A stretch of 64,000 nucleotides of DNA from Chrysomallon squamiferum (taxonomy: Eukaryota; Animalia; Mollusca), in assembly GCA_012295275.1 (NCBI GenBank), contig CM022672.1, forward strand, positions 11,098,001 through 11,162,000, in the 5' to 3' direction. The notes under the pieces were generated by a model. It saw only the letters and a list, made by a program, of their open reading frames with translations, searched no databases and was not told where the DNA came from. The position numbers and the translations under genes are program-made. Positions 52,601-64,000 of the stretch are shown here, piece by piece (the stretch's first letter is position 1; each line of letters opens with the position of its first letter).

Positions 52601-55600
52601 AATTATTTTGGAAGTATAATATTTACAAATGGTGGAAAAACAAAACAATTCTAAAACTAGTAATACTATTTTACAGCAATTAGTTAACAGCAAATGATAC
52701 AAATTTACACCACCTGTTTTGTTCCTACAGTTATGTAACAACATAGATTTAGAACACTTACATATTATCAGTTTAGAAAGATTAAAAAGAAAGGATTTAT
52801 AAATTCAGCCTTTTGATTTATATGATAGCAATAAACCACTTACAAATAAAAGTGTTAGCCTGGAACTGCAATAGAAACATTTTTGTTCTGGTACCCAATC
52901 AGATATTTCTTTTGGTTCTAGACCTAAATGTAAATAAATAAAATATAAAACTGTATGTAACAGATGAGACCAAATAGTTGTATATATTTTAGAGTAGCTG
53001 TTTTACCTTTTTCGGCAATAAAAAGAAAGACATAATTTCTATATTATTTCTTAAATTTCTAAGTAACACAGCAATATTTCTTAACTTTAGAAGATCAGTA
53101 ACATTTATTGCTTTTTGATGATATTATATTTTCAAATTGCTAACCAAATATAATAAAACTAATAGATTTAATACTAAAATAAAAACTTGTTGGATGGTAT
53201 CAGCATGATGAACAGTATTATTATAGGCAATGGTACAATTCTAAGATAAAAATCAATAAACATGTAGTTTGGTTTTTTGGTTGTTTCTAACATTTGTAAT
53301 ATCCATAAATAACAGAGAACACAATTTTGCAATAAAGTTTTTTTCTTTAAAATTTCATTAATTCAACAACCATGGAGGTATAAATAATGAATAAATAGTT
53401 AACATTAGTCTGTGGAAATCTATATAAATTTATTTAAATGTCAAAAACCTTCAATTGATTTCCATGTATTTCTGTTTGCACAGGTTTTTATATTAAACAT
53501 ATTATCACTGTATAAGTAAAATAAAATAAAGATCTATTAATAATCTGAGAAAAAAGAAAAGAAAAAAGATCTGAGTACAAGACTGCATTCATATATTACA
53601 TATCTAGGTATTCAAAACAGAACAAAAAACTTTACTGATTTTTGAACATTATATTAACAGAACATTAATATGCATATAAAATTGGCAAAACACAAAACAT
53701 TCAGTATTTATCAGGTCACTGTTAGTGATTTAGTGTTGTTTTTAACTAAAACAACTAATGTTTTAATTCATTATCACTAGATTATTTTGAACACAGTTTA
53801 ATTGATTAATTTTATAACAGAATGGAGATCACTGGGCATCTAAATTAGTATAAATAAAATTAATTTAAAATAAAGAACATATTTTAAATATACTGAATAA
53901 ATTTGATTTTAAAATAAGCACAACAAAGTAAACAACTTCTTTGTTTTTGTAATATCAACTTGAACATAACAATGTTAAAAAAAAATATGCTAAGTACAAT
54001 AACACTAAGCATTCAGAAGTTTTAAAATGTTTGCATTGTTACAATCTCAAAACCAGAAGAACAGAAAATGTAAATCTATTTGTGTCTTTATGCTGGTCAT
54101 ATTTTATTGGCTAACACTAACCTTGATAAACAAAACAAATCAATCATTTTAACTTTTATGCCTACAAAACCAACTATATTTCTTGTTGGCTATATCTAAA
54201 GAACAGTTTGAAGCATAACAGATAATTTAGGACTACTGTTAATATTTTAAATAATTAAAATAAATATCAAATGCTTTTTTAATTTAATCTCCATCTCAAT
54301 CATCATCCCAAATGAAAATTTATTTCCCAAAATACTTTTCAAATAATATACTGTAAATATGAAATCTTGCTTAAGAAAATGATCTAACAGAGGCCTGAAG
54401 GATGATGTACCCTTTGCCACAAAATGATATAAAACAAAGACAAAGTCATATGCTTTTATGCCTGTTAGAAAATGTATATAAAATAGTATTTTGATGCTAA
54501 CTGATCAAAGAAAAATTGTCATTTAACAGCTGTTTTCTCATTCAAATTATTACAAACTCATCATCACTGATAATCAATAATCTTAAAAATAGAAATGAAA
54601 AAATAAAATAATAAAAGTTATATAACTTACAGTATAGTGGTTCCAAGACATCTTTCATTACATTTTCTCCAGCAAACTGTTCTGCAATGGTTTCCAAGGC
54701 TGTTAAAAACAAGAACAACAAAATAATAATAACAGTAATAAAAATAATTATTAGAAAAAAAGAGAAATAAAACAACATTTTATAATTAAACATTTACAAT
54801 GTGTTTCTAAAATGTTTTTGTAATATTTTTTATTTAAAATTTTTTTAAAAACAAATTCAAATTTTGTTCTGTTTTATACATCCACACAAACAAAAATTGG
54901 AAGAAGAAATAAAAAAATTATTTTAAATTTAAATTTAAAACATGTCCCCCCCCACCAGGTAAGTAATAGCAATCAAGTGGAAAATACTTTTAAAAATAAA
55001 CTGATCTGTGAGATAAATATTTTATTCAAAGTCTATAATTACAGGCATTCTGAAACATTTAAATTTATGTTCATCATTATGTCACTATTTTATAATAAAT
55101 TTAAGTGGCAAAAACAATTAATTTAAGAAAAAAAAGAGTAAGAAATCTACCCTCAACAGTGAACAGGCATCTAAAATAGCATTAAATACTCATTTCTATA
55201 TATATATATATATAAAACAGAGTACAGTTTTATTTTCAAACAATTTTAAAGAATATACAAGCCATTTTTAACATTTAATAAAAACCAAAACAAAACATAA
55301 CACCATATCTAAAATTATTCCAAAAGAATAAAATATTATGAAAAATGATGTCATACATATGTAATTTATGTATCTAAAACATATCTTCTGACCTAAATAT
55401 TTCCCCACTTATAACAATTTTCCAATTGTCCTTCTCTGCTAATCAATATCAGCCATAACTAGCATTACTGTCACCAAATTCGACAATAATGATGTATGGC
55501 TATTACAATAGAGAAACATTTCTGGAGATCAACAGATGTAATGTGCTTTACTAGTAATATTCATTTAATGATGCTTCAATATTTGGCTACCATCAGCAAC

Positions 55601-56309
55601 CTATTAGCAAGCTCATTATAATAGTGCGACATAAGGTCATGTCTCATCGCCAACTCAGATCAAAAACTAGACACACAATAGCATCTCACCTTAAATAAGT
55701 AAATAAACGAAATGTGGGTCATACAGGTGCAAAAATAAAACCATTGCTACTTTAGTAAAAGATAACAAATTAATATACTGACTCCACCGAAAGCACATTA
55801 TTAATGAGGTATCTATTGTGCTAAATCTTAATAAGGGCACAAACATGGCGGTTATGATTATGATGTACAATATGGTTCAGGAATTTTGGTAGAATGGTCT
55901 CATTTAAATGAAGCAACAAGGTGAGCAGACGACATATTCCCGAACTTAGTAAAATCGACACTTTCGATAAGACACCTACATCGGTAAGTCCTGATAAAAT
56001 ATAATGCGAAAAATCGACCCGAAGCTAAAAAATTACTGGGGATGAATTTGGCTACAGAAGGTGCTTGCTTTATCGATCGATCCAGAGGATGACCGAAGAT
56101 TGGCGAAATTTTGACAATGGTGAGATAGTGTTTTCTATCATTCATATGTCGCCTAAGCCAATATGATATACAAAAACATTTTAGAATGCATAATAAATAT
56201 ACTTACCAATGGTCAGTGGTATTTTTTTGCTCCATGATAAAAGTTCATTTCGAAAAATTCGCCTTTCCTGAGCGCACTGTGCGCTACCGCAATCAACCAT
56301 GTTGACCAT
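49623..56309 (-). CDS. E93: E93/Mblk-1/LCOR-LCORL family pipsqueak helix-turn-helix transcription factor, ~696 aa
   Basis: Exons 56309-56207, 54699-54631, 52923-52844, 52320-52260, 51779-51575, 51195-49623 (2091 nt, in frame). N-terminal CGSAQCAQERRIFRNELLSWS..ALETIAEQFAG..DWVPEQKCFYC; HTH1 AYTDDELSQAVTEIRDGKLGTRRAAMLYGIPRSTLRNKI; HTH2 RPKRGQYRKYNSQLLMEAVRAVQRGEMSVHRAGSYFGVPHSTLEYKVKER. Confidence 0.94.
51869..51941 (+). mobile_element. Possible decayed terminus of a non-autonomous DNA transposon (hAT-like)
   Basis: GC-richer island CAGAGCTGG...GGCAAC...CCCAAGGCACC...GGGGGCC resembles a CpG-eroded CAGGGCCGG-type terminus. No partner end or TSD found. Confidence 0.25.
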
Positions 56310-56460
56310 GCACTACCGCTTACGTCATGATGCTATGACCTCTAAACTCGTGACGTTTTGCGTACAGGTAAATTTTTCGTGTTCTCTTGTTTGCTGACGT
56401 TTTATGGACAGGTGAACAACACGGAAGAAGCGGCGTCTTTAACATTTTATAGGTAACAAG
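56310..56460. promoter_or_regulatory. Compact divergent promoter between E93/LCOR and MORN4 with three TGACG (CRE/ATF) half-sites
   Basis: TTACGTCA 56320-56327, TGACG 56351-56355 and 56395-56399; locally CpG-rich. Confidence 0.55.
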
Positions 56461-56919
56461 ACAACGCATCTGGTACTTTTAAAACAGGTTTGTGTACATC
56501 ATATATAAGTATTCACACCATGGCAGGAAATATTTGAAAGGAGTTTAAACTGAAAATCTAACTGTCAGAGACTCAAATTTAAAGTAATCCAGGTGGTTAT
56601 TTACAAAGCCAAAAATTATGTCAATAAATAAGCGTGTCGTATTAACATTAACGTGACTTCAAAATCTATATTTAAATATCACTAATAATAATAATAATAA
56701 TAATAAAAGAAGAAGAATTTAAGAGTAATATCAAATGTTTTAGAATTGTTTATTTTATTATTACTAATTTAAATTTTATACTAATTTAATTATAATAATT
56801 TAATTATACTAATTTAAACTAATTTTCCATCTATATGTATATTATATAAAATCTTCTTCTTTAATAATAATAATAATAATAATAATAATGAAATAATTAT
56901 TATTTAGAATACTTCAAAG

Positions 56920-59110
<2,191 letters not shown>

Positions 59111-59455
59111 TAATCCAGTAACATAATATAAACTACCATTGTCTTTGAAATTTCAATCGCTGAAAATTAACCAAAAGCAAATGTATTTGATTATTGTTCA
59201 GAACAAAGAATAACATTTCAGTATGAAGAAGAATTATTTTCACGTGCATTGATTACTCAAGGCATTCCTTACATTGTTAACCTAATGATTGTAACAGATC
59301 ATTTCGGTTTTATCCAGTTGTTAAGAACTGCTTTGTATTTTATTTAATAGTTTGAATGGGAATAGGTGTTTGTGATTTTGAAATCAGTTTTTATGCTTAC
59401 TATATAATAATAAAAATAAAGTAATAATTATAACAATAGAGGTTTTAGTAAAAAA

Positions 59456-59637
59456 AAGTTACTTGAAATGACATCAAGGTTATTTATAAACTTACAACAA
59501 TAAAATACTAACAGGTATAATGCATGTGCATAATGTTGAATTTTTGAAGTTACTTGAAATGACATCAAGGTTATATATAAACTTACAGTAATAAAATATT
59601 AACTGGTGCAGTGAATGTGCATAATGTGGAATTTTTA
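59456..59637. repeat. 91-bp tandem duplication downstream of the MORN4 stop
   Basis: AAGTTACTTGAAATGACATCAAGGTTAT...GTGCATAATGT.GAATTTTT starting at 59456 and 59547. Confidence 0.92.
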
Positions 59638-60446
59638 AAATTATTTTTATTTTTTATTATTATTTTTTTATATTACACAATAGATAAAATTAGTAAGATT
59701 ATTTTGTCATCCATAATTCTAAATATATATCATTCAATGTATTTTACATTTTGAATTTTTTTTACTGCAAAAACAATAATTATTTTTTTTGGGGGGTTAT
59801 TCTTTAAAGTTTAATATATGTTTTTATTTGGCAAATATAAAACAATCTTCTGGTATTTAATTTTGAAACTAGTGTTTGAAGTTGTTTCTGTAGAATTATT
59901 TTCTAAGAAGAGATAAATAGACTATTTTGGAAGTTTATCTTTTTCATCAATTGTACATAATAATCAGAACTATTACTAATTAATTTATTCATAATGATAG
60001 TGAAAACCAAATTTTATACATATTAATGGTTATAATATAACCGATAATGTTGGAAAAATATCTCCCCCTATACTAACATTTTAATCATTTTTATACTACT
60101 TTTTTTTATTACTACTACTACTAGTACTACTTCAACTTCTAACTATATTAATTTCTTACAATTTTATCATTTACAAAATGTGTGTTCCTGGAAATATGTT
60201 CATTGTTGGTGTTTGTCATAATATAAAAATTTTAAATTCAGTTATCAATTATTTGTGTGTGTTGAGTGACATATGAAGCATATTTAGCCATTTTCACAAC
60301 ATTACACATAATCATTACTTTATTACAATATTATATAACATTTTTTATAGAATTCCATTTTTATTTTATGAAATAAAATCTTTTTATTTAGTTTTATATT
60401 TGTTTTAATTACATTTGTGAAAGATTGCATTTTATATTAAAGGTAT

Positions 60447-60558
60447 TGTTGTCATAGGCAACTAATAAAAATCTTTATTAGACTTGTTACAAATATAGCA
60501 ATAAGAGACTGCCTTAAATATTACAAAAATATGTTGTCATAGGCAACTAAGAAAAATC
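60447..60558. repeat. 27-bp direct repeat (period 85 bp)
   Basis: TGTTGTCATAGGCAACTAA(T/G)AAAAATC at 60447 and 60532. Confidence 0.85.
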
Positions 60559-62198
60559 ATGGGTATACACTTTCTTATTTAGAGTTCTGACCCAGAATCT
60601 ACAATGTTGTTCCGGTTGATCACAACTCTTACTATTATGAACAGAAATGCTTAAGTATATTTCCTTAACTATTTCTTCAATTTAATTACAGACATACCAA
60701 GTAATAAAAAAAAAAAATAATAAAAAATAATAATAATAATAATAAATAATAATAATAAATTAGTAATAAATAAATAAATAAATAAATAAATAAAATTAAA
60801 GATATTAATTTTTCTATCATCTATTGAATGTTGATCATAACATTTCTAACTTCCCACTTTAGTATTAAGACATTTTTTATATGCATCTTCTCATATATAC
60901 GAAACCATATATAATCATGCAATTTATCAAACAAGTGCTGGAAATTAGGAATTAAAAACTAACATTTATCTTAACCTTTTAAATGGGTGCCTTAAAGTTT
61001 ATTAGGTTTTAAAACTTGTAAGAAACTCAAAAACTATTACTGGAACTTAATAATCTTAAAAGTTTTAATTCATAAATTATAAATGAAAACTAAATGTTAC
61101 TGGAATGCTCTAAACAGGTTTAGAATTAATATGATCTAAAAGGAAGGTTGTTTTTGAGTACTGATGTTAAAATTATTAAATACAGTTAAACGTTAGTCTC
61201 ACAAAATTGTTCATGGGTATAGTTAGATGTAATTGAAGTGGATTAGCACTGATGAACTATAATCAACGTCTACCAATATATGATTCATCTCTTTTGTTAT
61301 TTCATATAGCAGTGTAAAATTATTTTTCAGTCTGTGTGCTACGCTCCTGATGTGATATGGGGTGATGTGTTATAGTGTGTGTGTGCATTTGTGCACATGC
61401 AGATGTTTGTAAGTATATTAAGATTTCAGAAGATTTGTATATGTGTTTGTGTGAGTATGAAACTATACTGATTCTCAGCTCTTTATATGATAAACAGTAA
61501 ACAACCAAGGACATGCTGTTGTAAAAGCTTTAATAATTCTGTAAAATATATGTATATAAAATATAACAAATTTCTTGGAACATTTCCTGAATATGCATCA
61601 AAATGGATACATGATATTTTTAATGCAATGAAAGCAGATATATATTTATATATAAAAGAAAGAAGATTAAATATCTACCTGAGCATGCTAAAAATGCTGC
61701 AAAATCAAGTTAAAACCATTTTAAGGATTTACAGTTTAAAACAAATTATAATTGGTCAAGAAGAAGCATCTTAAATTTTAAATGCTTTGATGTGTACTAT
61801 AGTAGAAAAATATAAAATATATTTTACTAAAAAAACAAAACATCAGATACACTTGATTTGTGGATCCTTTAAAATTAATTATTCACAAAATGAATTATTT
61901 CAAATTGTACTGCCATATTTGTAATGTGGTTCTTATTTATAACAACAAAAAATAACAAAACATGTACAAACATACCCATTCATACATCCATAATCATACA
62001 CAATTAAAATTAATGTGAATTTGTTTAATTTATACAGACTTATTCAGTATGTATGATTAAGATTGAATGATTATACAAATATACAAAAGTGATAAAAATA
62101 ATAATAAAATAAAAGAAAATAATAAAAATGTAAAAAACAAACACTAATGTAAAAATTGGAAAAGATATTCATTTCAAAGAAAATGAAATTAATTATGT

Positions 62199-64000
62199 TC
62201 ATCCACAATACTTTTGAATGTCATCATTTGTCTTACTAAGCAGTATAGTTTTCATATTTGACAAATTTGGTCTGTTGTTTTGTGCTGTGTCTTTGGGTGA
62301 TTTTTTAGCATAATGTGAAACTGGAACTCTTGTATCGTTAGTTTGTCTTGGTGGTGTTGACTTTGACTCCTCAATATACATTTTTTGCATTAAACTCTTT
62401 ACAATCCTTGACACTGACTGACCAATTTCTTCAGCGGAAGCTGTAGTTTTATTCAAAATAGACCAATCAGTTTCCTGAACTCCTTGGGGAACCTTTGTAA
62501 AAATTAAAATGAAATGTTCAAACTGAAACCATTTTCTTTGAGTTGAATACATCATATGACAACAAGGAAAGTAATTTTAACTTTCTAATGATTTCTCCCC
62601 TGAGCTTTTAAAAAAACACGAAAAATAATAAAGTATAAATTAACTTTGTTTTAAAAACTGAAGTTAAAATTACAACTGTAACATACTGAATGAATTTCAG
62701 TGCAGCAATTCTGGAAAATGAATAATGTACTGGGAAGGCACTGATTTGATATGAAATTAAATCTGTAATTTGAATCTCACAATTCTACCTCAAATATCTT
62801 TTCTGGAACATTAAACTTGCCACCGGCAGCTCCTCCTGTAGACTGTATAGGAATAACAATATGGTCATTCCAAATAAACTCCTCTGCCTCATGTGCAGCA
62901 CCTGGTCCACCTGAAAAACAATATTTATTATATAATTAATACAGCCATAAGAAACTGTGTGTGTGTGTGTGAGAGAGAGAGAGAATGAGGGAGAGAGGGA
63001 CATTATTATTGCACTAAGAGATAAACCATGTTTAAAATGAAGAAAGAGATGAAACAACAACTAACATTTGTGACCATAACAGAGTTATAATTATATGTTT
63101 ATAATGGAAGATGACAATTTAACAGAAAATGTGCTTATAGATAGAATCTTTAACATTGTGTCTAATTTGTGAATTTATTTATATTCTTATCTATTACAAA
63201 AAATAAAAAAAAAAAAAAAAAAATAAATAAGTAATAAATAATAATTAAAAAAGTGAACCAAAATGTTCACTTGCACACAATAAACTATTAGAATTGCCAC
63301 GTTTTGAATGAATCCTGGCTGTTTACACATCTTACCTTCTATAAGGATACATATATCAAATGTTCTTCCCACAATTGTTTCTCTTTCTCGAATGCTTTCT
63401 CCACAGAACAGTGTTTTTCCAAAATCTGCAACTCTAAATGTTCCATCAGAATTCTGATTTGTACATTTCTGATGATTCTGAAAATAAAAATAAAAATATT
63501 TTATTCATTTAGAAAACAAGGTTTTAGATGATAATGTTTTTGTTTTTTTAATTATATCAAAGTGTTTCAACATTTGTTTGAGATTTTTAAGGCACCTAAT
63601 AAAACTAATAGGTTAATAAAAAAAAATGGACCAGACTTTTTTTTTAATAAAAACTGGTTATTTAAAATTGTTAAAAATAATAAATAAATAAAATAAAAAT
63701 CAATATGGCTTTTAGAAAAATACAACAAAAGAATTGTTTATAATACAGCAATAACAAATAATATCCTAACATTTTCCTGTATAAATATACATGGAACATT
63801 TTTTTAAATATTTTTATTTGCATAACAAAATTGTTTAATAATGAAACTAATAACAACAAAGAATAATTAGAAAATATCGCAAAATACCAAATTAATGTTT
63901 TGTCAACACAGAAGAGATAAAAGATAAATAATAAAATACCTGACAATCCTTCTCAGGTAAAATGTGCCACACCCTTCCCTTCTTTTGAGTTTGAACTTGA
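62199..64000 (-). CDS. 3' part of an uncharacterised SLOG (SMF/DprA-LOG) Rossmann-fold-like protein; 5' end outside the window
   Basis: Exons >64000-63940, 63477-63336, 62910-62789, 62492-62199 join in frame: ...RVWHILPEKD...FCGESIRERETIVGRTFDICILIEGGPGAAHEAEEFIWNDHIVIPIQSTGGAAGGKF...WSILNKTTASAEEIGQSVSRIVKSL... Confidence 0.78.

Overview
AT-rich, intron-rich animal genomic DNA (gene content and exon structure suggest a lophotrochozoan, possibly a mollusc; this is inference). Nine protein-coding genes were assembled by hand from GT-AG splice sites with consistent phases: CPEB2/3/4-Orb2 (+), an XK-like Cys-rich membrane protein with an intronless CDS (-), TMEM128 (-), securin (+), SFR1 (-), condensin kleisin NCAPH (+), E93/LCOR pipsqueak factor (-), MORN4 (+) and the 3' part of a SLOG/LOG-fold protein (-). 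Six of them form three head-to-head pairs. The most notable observations are: a candidate 36-nt neural-type microexon, an 87-nt cassette exon and a recursive-splice-like junction in CPEB; a 124-bp near-perfect hairpin upstream of securin; a securin-SFR1-NCAPH block with CDE/CHR-like promoter elements and APC/C degrons; NCAPH tail-to-tail with E93/LCOR, echoing vertebrate NCAPG-LCORL; and an uncharacterised intron-containing SLOG protein. No rRNA, tRNA, CRISPR array or intact transposon was seen.
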